Source of the DNA: an uncultured Alphaproteobacteria bacterium
GTDB lineage: Bacteria > Pseudomonadota > Alphaproteobacteria > Rhizobiales > Xanthobacteraceae
Direction: 5' to 3'
NCBI GenBank assembly: GCA_963816745.1
Contig: CAWFLQ010000003.1
Coordinates: forward strand, 304,187 to 368,186
Length of the DNA stretch: 64,000 bases
The notes beneath the pieces are model-generated. The model made no database searches and was not told the origin of the DNA. It was given only the letters and a program-made list of their open reading frames with translations. Both the position numbers and the translations under genes were made by a program. Within the stretch, counting starts at the first letter, position 1. Each line of letters opens with the position of its first letter. Below, piece after piece: positions 19,181 to 29,144 of this stretch.

Positions 19181-19564
19181 ATGAGCGAGCGACGAGGACA
19201 TAGTCGGCCGAGGAGCTGGGACGACGCGCGCCGCATGGCGCGTCGGGACATAGAGCGCACCGCTGCCGAAGAGGACGCCGCCGTCCATGCCGGCGCGTCG
19301 CGCGACCCCGATAATCCGCCGCTGACGAATGAGCAGCTGGCGCAGTTCCGGCGAGTGGAGGACGCGAGGCCCGATCTTGTGCGCCGCATGCGCGGCCAGC
19401 GCGGACCGCAGCGATCGAAGCCGCTCAAGGTGCGGGTGACGCTTCGACTCGATCCCGATGTGGTGGCGCGCTTCCGCCGGCACGGCAAGGGCTGGCAATC
19501 GCGCGTCAACACCACGCTGCGCAAGGCTTTGAATCTGCCGAAGGTCGCAGGCAAGCGGCGGTGA
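19181..19564 (+). CDS. BrnA-family antitoxin-like protein (orphan)
   Basis: ..DPDNPPLTNEQLAQFRRVEDARP..RGPQRSKPLKVRVTLRLDPDVVARFRRHGKGWQSRVNTTLRKAL matches the BrnA pattern. It forms the 3' part of a longer chimeric ORF (18320..19564) that is otherwise antisense to the carbonic anhydrase gene. Confidence 0.6.
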   Translation: MSERRGHSRPRSWDDARRMARRDIERTAAEEDAAVHAGASRDPDNPPLTNEQLAQFRRVEDARPDLVRRMRGQRGPQRSKPLKVRVTLRLDPDVVARFRRHGKGWQSRVNTTLRKALNLPKVAGKRR

Positions 19565-19825
19565 CGCCCTCCCACCCATGACCCCCACCCTAGCCGATGC
19601 TTCGCATCGGCGTTCTTAGCGCCAAGAACGGCGGCCGAAGGCCGCCTAGCGCACGCTTCTTAATTTCGGGCTCGGTGGGGACGCGATAACCGGGATTGAT
19701 CAGCAGCCTGAGGCGCGCGGCAGGCGGCCGCAATTCAAGACACGATCGGAATGGTCGCGGTTGCGGCTCATCCGCAAAAGTCGCTATCGTTACGTTTCCG
19801 GGCAGGCCCCGCGTGGGAGGGACAT

Positions 19826-20833
19826 ATGTGGCTGGTACGGTCTTGGCTCATCGGACTCGTCGCAGCAATTTCACTTCTGGCGCAGGGCGCATCGAAGGCC
19901 GAGCCGGTCAAGATCCGCGTATCCTGGATCGCGCCGCTTTCGAACTGGGCGTCGTTGCTCATGGAGAAAAAGGAGATCGCCCGGCACATGGGGCGCAGCT
20001 ACATACTCGAGCCCGTCCGCTACGCCGGAACGCCACAAATGGTCACCGCGCTCGCAAACAACGAGCTCGAAATTGCAAACCTCGCCTTCTCGACACTGCC
20101 AATCGCGATTCACAACGCGGGCCTCTCCGACCTGCGGGTCATCGCCGATGAATTCCAGGACGGCGTGCAGGACTACTACTCGCAAGAATACATGGTGCTC
20201 GCCGACGGGCCGGTGAAGCGCCTCGCAGACATGAAGGGTCGCGTGGTTGCGATCAATGCCGGCGGCTCGGCCGTCGATGTCGCGATGCGCAAGATGCTGC
20301 GCACGGCGGGGCTCGAGCACAGGCGCGACTATGTCATGATCGAGGCGCCGTTGCCGGCGATGCGTGCCGTGCTCGCCGAGAAGAAGGCCGATCTGGTTCC
20401 CCTTGTCGTGCCGTTCTCGTTCGATCCGGAGCTGCGCCGCATCGCCAAGCCTCTCTTCCACAACCGCGATGTCATGGGCCTGACGCAGCTCCTGTTCTGG
20501 TGCGCGCGGCAGTCCTTCATCGACAAGAACCGCGCCGCGATGGTGGACTTCATGGAAGACACGCTGCGCATCACCTACTGGTTTCTCGATCCGGCGAACC
20601 ACGCCGAAGTGGTGGCGATCGCCTCGCGCCTGACCAAGCAGCCCCCCGAGCGTCTCGGCTGGGTCTTCACCAAGCAGGATTACTATCACGTGCCGGGAAT
20701 GCGTCCGGACCTCGACGCGCTACAGCGCAACGTCGCACTCATCAAAGAGCTCGGACTGATCGGCGCCGATACCGATGTGAAAAAGCATTCCGACCTGACC
20801 ATTCTCGACGATGCAGCCAAGCGCCTGAAATAG
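19826..20833 (+). CDS. Periplasmic ABC-transporter substrate-binding protein (NMT1/SsuA/TauA-like)
   Basis: GGGAGG RBS and signal peptide MWLVRSWLIGLVAAISLLAQGASKA. Two-lobe SBP-like sequence (..VTALANNELEIANLAF..VAINAGGSAVDV..). Confidence 0.75.
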   Translation: MWLVRSWLIGLVAAISLLAQGASKAEPVKIRVSWIAPLSNWASLLMEKKEIARHMGRSYILEPVRYAGTPQMVTALANNELEIANLAFSTLPIAIHNAGLSDLRVIADEFQDGVQDYYSQEYMVLADGPVKRLADMKGRVVAINAGGSAVDVAMRKMLRTAGLEHRRDYVMIEAPLPAMRAVLAEKKADLVPLVVPFSFDPELRRIAKPLFHNRDVMGLTQLLFWCARQSFIDKNRAAMVDFMEDTLRITYWFLDPANHAEVVAIASRLTKQPPERLGWVFTKQDYYHVPGMRPDLDALQRNVALIKELGLIGADTDVKKHSDLTILDDAAKRLK

Positions 20834-20844
20834 CGGAGGGCAAA

Positions 20845-21633
20845 TTGGACGCAACGAAGAGGTACCGCATCTGGGCGCAGGGCGCCACCGACCAGGTCGG
20901 CCACCGCAACTACCTGGCGCAACTGTTGCCGCACATGCAGGCCTGCACGGATCCCGACTTCGAGCTCGATTTCAAGACCATGACGCCCTCGGTGACGACG
21001 GTGCACGCGTTGTCGGAATTCCGCTTCTCGCGCGCGGTGATACGCGGCGCCATTGCGGCCGAGCGGGAGGGTTATGACGTCTTTTTCATGAACCACTTTC
21101 AGGACGTCGGCCTGTACGAAGCGAGAGCGGCGGTGAAGATACCGGTGCTCGGCCTGGGCGAAGCGACCTTGCTCCATGCCTGCACCATGGGCCGCAAGCT
21201 CGGCCTGATAGCGATCAACCCCGCCTTCATGCCGACCCATAACGAGCAGATTTGCCGCTATGGGCTGCAACAACGGATCGCTGGAATTCGCGCGATGGAA
21301 GCCAATATCGGCGATTACATGGAAGCCTTCACATCGCCCGCGAAAAAGTCGGAGCTGCAGGCCAGCTTCGAACGCGAGGCACGCCGCCTCATCGATGGCG
21401 GCGCCGATGTCATCGTGCCGACCGGGGGCATTCCGATGATGCTGTTCGGCAAAGAGCCGGACGCCAATGTGGATGGCGCTCCGATCGTCAACGGAGTGAC
21501 GGTCGTGATCAAAGCCGCCGAAATGGCGGTCAAGCTGAAGCGTCTCGGCGTACCGGTCGCGAGCCGCATCCCGCAGTCGGGCTTTGCGCTGCCATCCGCT
21601 CAGACGCTCGACGAGTTTCTGCGCCATGGCTGA
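20845..21633 (+). CDS. Asp/Glu/hydantoin racemase-family protein
   Basis: TTG start preceded by GGAGGG. ..GYDVFFMNHFQDVGLYEARAAVKIPVLGLGEATL..GADVIVPTGGIPMML. Confidence 0.7.
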   Translation: MDATKRYRIWAQGATDQVGHRNYLAQLLPHMQACTDPDFELDFKTMTPSVTTVHALSEFRFSRAVIRGAIAAEREGYDVFFMNHFQDVGLYEARAAVKIPVLGLGEATLLHACTMGRKLGLIAINPAFMPTHNEQICRYGLQQRIAGIRAMEANIGDYMEAFTSPAKKSELQASFEREARRLIDGGADVIVPTGGIPMMLFGKEPDANVDGAPIVNGVTVVIKAAEMAVKLKRLGVPVASRIPQSGFALPSAQTLDEFLRHG

Positions 21634-21648
21634 TGACATCGTGGCCGG

Positions 21649-23580
21649 TCAACCGCCGAGGAGCTTGTCGAGAATGCTGCCGCCATTGGCCCAGAACACC
21701 AGCACCACACCCATCAGCGAGCCTCCGGCCACCACACCCGACGCCACCGGCAAGGTGAACTCTTCGGCGAGCTTCGGTTTCCGTCTCTCGAGCAGGAACG
21801 CAATGAGGGCGCCGAGGAAGAACAAGAGCCCATAGTACCAGTGAAACACCCAGGCCAGGCCGAACCCTGACGCCGAGGGAAGATACGCCTGGTATTTCGG
21901 CAGCAAAACAGGCGCGAGCGTGAGCACCACTCCGACAACAGCGCCGGCAAATATCAGCCATAGCTTGACGGACTCGAGCGAGGACAGACCCTGGCCGAGC
22001 GCGATGGCAACAGCGGCCCACGTCTGCGCGGCGGGCGCCGGGAACTGGTCGGTGCCGAGCACCTGCGCGTTGGGCACCAGGACTGCAAACGCGAGCACGC
22101 TGACGACCGTACCGACGAAGATGCCGGAGAACTGGGCCAGAAACTGCTGACGGGGGTTCGCACCAAGCAGGTAACCGCTCTTCAAGTCGGTGAGCAGGTC
22201 GGCCGCCGACGTCGCCGCACCGGCCGTGACGTTGGCGCTCATCAGGTTGACATTGACGTTGCCCGGGCTCAGCGCACCGAAGATGAGCTGGGTGACCTTA
22301 CCCATTGCGCCGACAGGCGTCGTATCGGTCTCGCCCGTCACGCGGCAGGCGACGAGCGCCAGCCAGAAGGACAGCGCCACCGCGATGGCAGTTTGCCAGA
22401 CCGGCATGTCGAAGCTTGCGTGCCCGAGCCAGGCAAGCGCAACAAGCGACACGATCTGGCCGGCGGCAAACCAGCTCATTGGCGCCTCAATGGGCGCCTC
22501 GATGCGGCCTCCTTCGCTCGCAGCCGACGAGCGGACGGAGAGGATTTGTCCGAGATCGCGGAACGCGCTCAATGCCGTGCGCCAGCTCAGCGCAAAGCTC
22601 AACAGTCCCGCGGCCACCATGCAGGACGCGCCGAACCAGAGCGTCCACTGCACGAGGGCGGCGAAACCCGCGCCTTCGATGAGGCCTCTCGCCTGGAGGA
22701 CCGGCACGACCACGGCCCAACACAACGTGCCCGAGACGAACATGGTCGCGCAGACCCGCATGCCGGTGATGGCGCCGGCGGCGAGAAATATGAAATCCCA
22801 GGAAAAGACCACGGTGCGCCCCGACCAGGCTTCGTAGTGACTGCCGAGAAGCCACTTCTGCAGGTCCGTCAGAAGGGCCCCGCTGGAAAAGCGTTCGAGG
22901 CTCGCGCTCATCCCTTCGGCCCAGACCTTGTCGATCGCGGCAATGAGCCCGGCAAGACCCAGCGCCTTGGCCGCGCGCAGACCCTGCGAGCTTTTGGCAT
23001 GCAGCGCGCGCAAAGTTTCCGCCGCCGCGATGCCGGACGGGAAGCGCAGCTGCTCGATGTTGATCATCTGCCGCTTCATGGGGATGGCCATCGTGACCCC
23101 GAGCACGGCGATGAAGAACACCCAGGCCAGCATCAGCGGCACGGACATCGGCTGGTGATTGACGATGATGTAGGCCGCGAAGGCCGAGACCAGAGTCCCG
23201 CCGGTGGAGTAGCCGGCCGAGCTGGCCGTCGACTGCATGCAGTTGTTCTCGAGGATGGTCATCGGCGTGCGCGCGAGGCCGACCTTGAGCAAGCTCGTCC
23301 AGATTGCGTAAGACAGGATGCTGGCCGTGATGGCGACGCCGAAGCCCCAGCCGGCCTTGAGACCGATGTAGAGATTGGTCAGCGACAACACGCCTCCCAG
23401 GCACGAGCCGATCAGCACCGCGCGCCAGGTCAGTTGCGCCATGCTGTCCCCGTGGCCGCGATACACCTGCTGGTACCACTGCCGCTCGATCTCTTCGGGC
23501 GTGCCTATGAAGCCGGCGACAGGCAGCGGCCGCTCTCGCCGATCCGTAGCTTCAACAGAGAGATCCATCGTTGGCGCCAT
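21649..23580 (-). CDS. OPT-family oligopeptide transporter
   Basis: 643-aa polytopic protein with a characteristic N-terminus: EEIERQWYQQVYRG..QLTWRAVLIGSCLGGVLSLTNLYIGLKAGWGFG. Confidence 0.85.
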   Translation of the reverse strand: MAPTMDLSVEATDRRERPLPVAGFIGTPEEIERQWYQQVYRGHGDSMAQLTWRAVLIGSCLGGVLSLTNLYIGLKAGWGFGVAITASILSYAIWTSLLKVGLARTPMTILENNCMQSTASSAGYSTGGTLVSAFAAYIIVNHQPMSVPLMLAWVFFIAVLGVTMAIPMKRQMINIEQLRFPSGIAAAETLRALHAKSSQGLRAAKALGLAGLIAAIDKVWAEGMSASLERFSSGALLTDLQKWLLGSHYEAWSGRTVVFSWDFIFLAAGAITGMRVCATMFVSGTLCWAVVVPVLQARGLIEGAGFAALVQWTLWFGASCMVAAGLLSFALSWRTALSAFRDLGQILSVRSSAASEGGRIEAPIEAPMSWFAAGQIVSLVALAWLGHASFDMPVWQTAIAVALSFWLALVACRVTGETDTTPVGAMGKVTQLIFGALSPGNVNVNLMSANVTAGAATSAADLLTDLKSGYLLGANPRQQFLAQFSGIFVGTVVSVLAFAVLVPNAQVLGTDQFPAPAAQTWAAVAIALGQGLSSLESVKLWLIFAGAVVGVVLTLAPVLLPKYQAYLPSASGFGLAWVFHWYYGLLFFLGALIAFLLERRKPKLAEEFTLPVASGVVAGGSLMGVVLVFWANGGSILDKLLGG

Positions 23581-23771
23581 TACTGCGGTGTTGAGGCTGA
23601 TCGCAATCTCATGCGACCGGCCGATTTTGTCTGTGGAGAAGGGAGCTCGGCGTCACGCCGTTACCATTGTCGGCTGAGTTTAGCCCATTTGATCCTGCTG
23701 ATGGTCGAGCTGGCCAGCGCCGGATTCGCGACCACGACCACCGAGCGCGTTGGCTGCGACTTCCGAGATGA

Positions 23772-23999
23772 ATGAGTATCCGGCACCCGATGACCGATCA
23801 GCAGGATCAAGAGTGCACTGTGCCCGAGGCAGTCAGCGTCAGCGTTGCACCACTCGGCGACTTGCCCGACAAGCTGGTGCTGACCGTGTGGGCGAATGGC
23901 GCACAGCGTTTTGTCGTGAACGGAAGAATGGCGCACTTTCTCAGCAAGGCCATCGAGGACGCCATGGAGAAGGTCAATGGAGGCCTAGGCGTCCCGTGA
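23772..23999 (+). CDS. Small hypothetical protein
   Basis: 75-aa ORF in otherwise unassigned space. No recognisable motif. Confidence 0.3.
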   Translation: MSIRHPMTDQQDQECTVPEAVSVSVAPLGDLPDKLVLTVWANGAQRFVVNGRMAHFLSKAIEDAMEKVNGGLGVP

Positions 24000-24498
24000 T
24001 GTGCTGCCAGAAGCGTCCGGCGCTCGGGAAGTGCGTGCAGGCGCGCTCAATCCGTTCGATGGCCTTGCGAGAATTCTGCAAGGAAATTTGATTGAATGGC
24101 GGCTTGAGCCCGGTACCCTCGATCGAGAGCGCGCTTCCTGCCTTCATCGCCTCGATAAGATCACGGGGCACTGCTTCGGCGCGCGTCGAAGACGGGAGCG
24201 GCGATCTGGGCGAAGCCGGCACCGAAAGTGTGAAGCTTTTGTCGTCGACCGACACTTTGATGTTGCCCTGGATATCTGCCCCTGGGGTGGAGAAGTGCAG
24301 ACCTGGTGGCGAGCCAGGCTGGTCGCACCGTACGAGGATGCACGTCCAATCGCCGGGGTTGCGGGTCTCCCCGGCACAGCCTTGCGCGGCGCGATATTGC
24401 TCGCCCGGGATCTTGGCTTCCGTCCATTGGGCTTGCGCGCTCGTCGTGGAAGCAACGCCCATGCATGCGAAGAGAAGACTCGCAGTTGTCGATCGCAT
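23974..24498 (-). CDS. Secreted hypothetical protein
   Basis: Signal peptide MRSTTASLLFACMGVASTTSAQA. Cys-containing mature part. Confidence 0.5.
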   Translation of the reverse strand: MRSTTASLLFACMGVASTTSAQAQWTEAKIPGEQYRAAQGCAGETRNPGDWTCILVRCDQPGSPPGLHFSTPGADIQGNIKVSVDDKSFTLSVPASPRSPLPSSTRAEAVPRDLIEAMKAGSALSIEGTGLKPPFNQISLQNSRKAIERIERACTHFPSAGRFWQHITGRLGLH

Positions 24499-24730
24499 CC
24501 GATCCCCTCCGGAGGAGCCCCGTACCGCGCTGTGGGCGGCTCGAGATCAGGCCGGTCCCGAAAGCGGCCGCGGCGGCGGATAAGGCACACGCACCCAACC
24601 GTCACCCTGGCACTCCGGTATTATCAAATTGTTAAGTGAGCACGCTGGGTCGGGATGAAGTCGAGGATCGCCGATTGTCGCGTGCCTTGCGGCGACGACC
24701 GCCGCGGTTCCCGCTCCGACCCGGCTGCCG

Positions 24731-25207
24731 TTACCGGTTGAGATTGTAGCGTATGTAGGCGTCGCGGCCGGCGGGATTATTCCCCAAGCCACGGTCGAGT
24801 GGAAAAGAGTGATTCAATTGGTTGATCCGCTCGCTGGGGTTATTGACCGGCGGCGGAATGTAAGGACCCGCCGGCGGCTGGGTCAGCGTCAGCGATGGTG
24901 TGGGCTGCGGTGACGCGATGTAGCGACCGCTGCTGCCGCGCGGGGTGACGCGGGGGCGTTCCGCGCGCTGGGTTGGCTGCTTCTGCTCCTGCTGCTCGCC
25001 GCGCGCGGGGCGTCTCGGACACTCCATGCCCTGCATGATGATCGGCGTTCCATCATCGCACATCGTGGCCGACGTCGTTGTCCGCTCGGCGCCAGATTTC
25101 TTGGGAGCCGCCGACGCGGTCGCAGCCACCCCAAGCACAAGAACGGCGACGGCGAGGGTCACAATTCTCGATAGCGGGACTCTGGATAGCGGCACGCTCA
25201 TGCTCAT
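24731..25207 (-). CDS. Secreted hypothetical protein (Pro/Gln-rich)
   Basis: Signal peptide ..IVTLAVAVLVLGVAATASA. Low-complexity mature region. Confidence 0.45.
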   Translation of the reverse strand: MSMSVPLSRVPLSRIVTLAVAVLVLGVAATASAAPKKSGAERTTTSATMCDDGTPIIMQGMECPRRPARGEQQEQKQPTQRAERPRVTPRGSSGRYIASPQPTPSLTLTQPPAGPYIPPPVNNPSERINQLNHSFPLDRGLGNNPAGRDAYIRYNLNR

Positions 25208-25268
25208 ATAAATACACCTCCTGCCGGCACCCGCTACTGGCACGGCTCGGGAAAAACGCCCTTTTCAG

Positions 25269-27121
25269 TCACTTTAGCGCGACGGCACGTCGCCGGTTAG
25301 CGTGACCTCCGTTGGCGGCCTCCTGTTTGCCCTTGCCGCTTTGTTTCTTGACTTCGATCCTGGGGGTCTTCGATTTCGGCGCCGGGGGCGGCTCTTGCTT
25401 GCCGCCAGCCGCGATCTTGCCGACGCCGGTGGACGTCGCTTTGCCTTTGCCGTCCTGCTTCTTGACTTCGATCCCCGCGGTCTTCGACTTCGGCGCCGAG
25501 GGCGGCTCTTGCTTGCCGCCAGCCGCGATCTTGCCGACGCCGGCGGACGCCGCTTTGCCTTTGCCGTCCTGCTTCTTGGCTTCGACCGCAGGGGCCTTCG
25601 ATTTCGGCGCCGGCAACGCCATCTGCCTGCCCGCTGCGCTCGCGCCGGAGCCGGCGGTCTCCACCCTGCCCTCTCCGTCACGCTTCTTGGCTTCGAGCGC
25701 GGCGATCTTCGTTTTGCTTCGAGCGCGACGAGCTTCGGTTTCGGCGCCGGCAGCGATCGACCGTCGGTGGCAGCGCGCGCGCCGGCGGGATCCGCCTTGC
25801 CCTTGCCGTCCTGCTTCGCGACCTCGACAGCGGCGATCTTCGGTTTCGGCACCGGCAACGGCATCTTGCTGCCGGCCGCGACCATGTCGAGCTCGCGTGG
25901 AAGCAGCATCGCGAAGCGACCGGGATGGCGAATGCGGCCGGCGAGGCGGCCGGCGTCGTCGCCGGCACCGAAATAGAGATCGGCGCGCGCCGGTCCGATG
26001 ATCGCCGATCCCGTATCCTGCGCAATCATCAGGCGGCGGAAGGGTGACGCAGGCTTCACGCTCCCGATCGGCAGATTGGCCTCGATGAAGAACGGCGTCC
26101 CGTATTCATGCAGCCGGTCGACGGCAATGGAGCGGCCCGGCGTCAACGGCACGCCCTGCGCGCCGGCCGGCTCGCCCTCGTTCGTCAGCCCGGTCACGCG
26201 GAAGAACGCATAGGCGCGGTTGGTGGCACGCACCTTCGCGGCTTCCTCCGGATACGCGGCCATCCAGGCGCGGATGCGCTCTCTCGACATCTCCTTGCGC
26301 GACATGAGATTGCGCTCGACGAGTACGCGCTCGAACGAGCTGTAGTTATAGCCGTTGTGCGAATCGTAGCTGACGCGCAGCGGCGTGCCGTCCTCGAGGA
26401 TCACGCGCCCCGAGCCTTCCATCTGGATCGCGAGCAGGTCGAACGGATCCTTGAGCCAGCAGATCTCGAGCTTCTGCCCGTCGAGCGCGCCGGCCTCGAT
26501 GGCGCCGCGGTCGTGGTACGGCACGAGCTCGTTGTTGGCGGTGCGGCGGCCGATCCGAGCATCAGGGCGTTTACGCCCGTCTTCGCGGGCTATGCCCTTG
26601 TTCGGAAATGCGGCGGACCCGGGCTTGAAGCCGGCCGCGACCAGGTCGCGCGGCCGCCGGTAGAGCGGGATCGGGAACTCGGGATTGGGAAAGCGCGAGC
26701 CTTCAACAATCGGCTCGAAATAGCCGGTCAGAAGTCCCTCGGCCTCGCCCAGACGCGCAATGCGGACGGGTTGAAAATTCTGCTCGAAGAAAGCGCGGGC
26801 GGCCTGCGCATCCCGCGGCCGCAGGGCGATGGCCTTGCGGCAGACGTTCCCCAGGGCGCCATGGATCTCTTTACTATCGTCGGTGCGCGGTGTCTTGCGC
26901 AGAACGCGGCAGCCGGCCTGATAGGCCGCGAACGCTTCGAGATGATCATCGGCCGTCCAGCCCGCGAGCTCGCTCCATTTGACGGGCTCGAGCTGGCTGC
27001 CCGCGAGCTTCAGCGGCCCTTCGGCCGATGCGGCGCCGGCCGCGAAACACACGACCACGCCGACGAGGCCTGCGACCAGGCCACGCCCAAGTAATTGTGC
27101 GAACCCCGGATCGGTCCACAT
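25269..27121 (-). CDS. mltA: Membrane-bound lytic murein transglycosylase A with a Lys-rich tandem-repeat C-terminal extension; frame broken within the repeats as sequenced
   Basis: MltA core: ..LTGYFEP..ICWLKDPFDLLAIQMEGSGRV..DTGSAIIGPARADLYFGAGDDAG. After about 25716 the sensible repeat sequence (PKSK..IEVKKQDGKGKA..GVGKIAAGGKQEPP) continues in the other frame, ending at 25269. The main frame turns into Arg-rich nonsense, ending at 25274. Confidence 0.8.
25340..25860. repeat. Tandem coding repeats of about 114 nt (about 38 codons), 4-5 copies, in the mltA 3' region
   Basis: The CTTGACTTCGATCC / CTTGGCTTCGA landmark recurs at about 25347, 25461, 25575 and 25685, with a more diverged copy (cttcgcgacctcga) near 25,817. 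Long near-identical stretches lie between the landmarks. Confidence 0.8.
26563..26595. repeat. REP-like 33-nt element embedded in-frame in mltA
   Basis: CAGGGCGTTTACGCCCGTCTTCGCGGGCTATGC contains GGGCGT/ACGCCC and GCCCG/CGGGC mini-palindromes. A near-identical copy lies in the flhB-fliR spacer (38856-38888). Confidence 0.6.
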
Positions 27122-27172
27122 GCAAGCAAATGCGCCGCATGCGGGTATGGTTCCGTTGCACCTCTGGGTGGT

Positions 27173-28216
27173 CTAGGCGTGAGCCACCTGGTCACCAACG
27201 CGGAACTCGGGCGCGACCTCGCGCATGAAAAGATCGATGCTGGCCGCGGCGGTGTCGTACGGCATGGCACCGAGGCGAAACTGCATGAGCGCACCCCCGA
27301 TGCCGATCGCCGCGAGCTCCGCCAGCTCCGCCGCGACGGTGGCAGGCGAGCCGCACAGGAAGCCGAGCAGTCCCGGCGCCAGATGCGGCGACAGCTTGAC
27401 GCCCTGCTCCCGCTCGATCCGGTCCCGCAGTCGCTTGCGGTGCTCGATCATGCTCACGAATGCCGGCCTGCCCACGGATTCGGCGCTCGCGTCGGTGTCG
27501 CCCACATAGATGCTGCGCCACACCCAGATCTTGCCGACATTGCGCGCGATCTCCTCCTCGCTGAAGCCGGCCTCGCGCATCCCTTGGCGATACATGTCGA
27601 CGCGCCGGCGGGTGGTCTCGTTGGTCTGGGGATTGAGCAGGATCGGCCGGCCCTGGCGTCCGTACCCGATGACCGAGTGCTCGCTCGATGTCGCCCGGTA
27701 GATCTCCGGATGCGGCTTGGTGTAGGGACGCGGACGCAGGATCGGCACCCGGAGATTCCAGAACTTTCCCCGGTGCTCGAAGGTCTCCTCGGTCCAGGCC
27801 CTGCGCAAAATTTCCTCGGCTTCCTCGAAGCGCTCCTGCGCCTCGTCGGCATCGAGCCCGTAGCCCTGATACTCGTAGATGTTGAAGAACGTGCCGCGGC
27901 CGAGGCCGAGGATGAGCCGCCCTTTGCTGAGATGGTCGAGCAGCGCAAGCTGCTCGGCCAGACGAACAGGATGGTAGAGCGAGGTCTGAATGACCGCGAA
28001 ACCGAGCGCCGTCCGCTTGGTCGCGACCGCCAACGCGGCCGCGAACGTCAACGGATCGACATAGGCGCAATTGCCGTCGAAATGATGCTCCGCCAGCCAG
28101 ATCGCGTCCATGCCGAGGTCGTCGCACAAGCGCGCCTCGGCCAGCGCTTCATCGATGACCGCCCCGTCGCGCCGGGGATCGCTGCTCTCCGGAAACAGGA
28201 AATCGCCAAACTTCAT
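27173..28216 (-). CDS. LLM-class (luciferase-like) flavin-dependent oxidoreductase
   Basis: MKFGDFLFPES...LGMDAIWLAEHHF...LDHLSKGRLILGLGRG. Confidence 0.85.
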   Translation of the reverse strand: MKFGDFLFPESSDPRRDGAVIDEALAEARLCDDLGMDAIWLAEHHFDGNCAYVDPLTFAAALAVATKRTALGFAVIQTSLYHPVRLAEQLALLDHLSKGRLILGLGRGTFFNIYEYQGYGLDADEAQERFEEAEEILRRAWTEETFEHRGKFWNLRVPILRPRPYTKPHPEIYRATSSEHSVIGYGRQGRPILLNPQTNETTRRRVDMYRQGMREAGFSEEEIARNVGKIWVWRSIYVGDTDASAESVGRPAFVSMIEHRKRLRDRIEREQGVKLSPHLAPGLLGFLCGSPATVAAELAELAAIGIGGALMQFRLGAMPYDTAAASIDLFMREVAPEFRVGDQVAHA

Positions 28217-28340
28217 GTGCCACACCTATCCGCCACGGCCTGAAGGGCCATAGCTTATGCAAGCGACGAGCCACATCTTATGCAAGCGGCGAGCCAGATC
28301 CGTCTCGCCACCCGGTTGACAGAATCGAAATCTGCGCCAA

Positions 28341-29030
28341 GTGACATTGCAGCAAGCCATAGGTTCCGCAGACAGCCATGTTGCGCAGAAGATCATGGAC
28401 CGCTCCCAGGTCATGGACCGCTCCCAGATCGACCCCAAGCTCAGCGAGGTCAGAGCGGTTCTGCAACGCCTGCAAACGTTCTCCGCGGCGCCGGACAGCG
28501 TGGAACCCCAACGTGAAACAGGCAGGACTATAGATCCCGACCAATCCATTGCCACGGGCCGGGCGCCAGCGGCCATCGCGCTGACAATAGCCGGCGTCTT
28601 CGCGCTTCTGGGCCTTGTCTGGCTGACGAACTCGCCCGCCGGCCGCACCGCTGCGCCCGCGGCCGCTACCCCTGATGTGTCGCTCACCGCTGCAATTCCC
28701 CCGGTGGAGGCTTCCGTCAGTCCGCCAGCGCTGCGACCATCGCGGCCGAGGGCCGCCACGGAAGTCGCTCAGGATCTCCTGGCCAGAGGCCACGTGCAAG
28801 CCGCGCGCAAGCAACTGCTCGGCTCGGTGTCCGAGGGCGCCGCCGACGTCGCCTGGATGCTCGCGCGATCCTACGATCCCAACTTCCTCGCGGCGATACC
28901 GGCGGCCGACGCGGATCCGGATATCGAGCAGGCAACGCGGTGGTATCGGGCATGGTACGCCGCCGCTGTGTCGCAGGGACTGGTCCCGAACAGCGTGTCG
29001 GTCGAGCGGATCATCGGATCGATGCGCTGA
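28341..29030 (+). CDS. Hypothetical membrane-anchored protein with a Sel1/TPR-like C-terminus
   Basis: One TM segment (AAIALTIAGVFALLGLVWL). C-terminus: ..AWMLARSYDPNFL..ATRWYRAWYAAA. Confidence 0.5.
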   Translation: MTLQQAIGSADSHVAQKIMDRSQVMDRSQIDPKLSEVRAVLQRLQTFSAAPDSVEPQRETGRTIDPDQSIATGRAPAAIALTIAGVFALLGLVWLTNSPAGRTAAPAAATPDVSLTAAIPPVEASVSPPALRPSRPRAATEVAQDLLARGHVQAARKQLLGSVSEGAADVAWMLARSYDPNFLAAIPAADADPDIEQATRWYRAWYAAAVSQGLVPNSVSVERIIGSMR

Positions 29031-29144
29031 CTAAAGTCCCATCGCAACGCTCATGGGGACGGAGGCCTCCGGAGTACGTTGGTGCCTCCGATCGCTTGCA
29101 GCATCCGTGATACCATCGACGCGCCGACAAGGGAGCTGTCCGTG

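Noticed and set aside
18320-19564. 414-aa ORF on the + strand
   Set aside because: It is a chimera. The first two thirds or so are antisense to the carbonic anhydrase gene and look non-coding. Only the last 127 codons (BrnA-like) are credible.
25340-25860. A regularly spaced repeat array that could be mistaken for a CRISPR locus
   Set aside because: The repeats are contiguous units of about 114 nt with no unique spacers. They translate into a coherent Lys-rich protein repeat within mltA.
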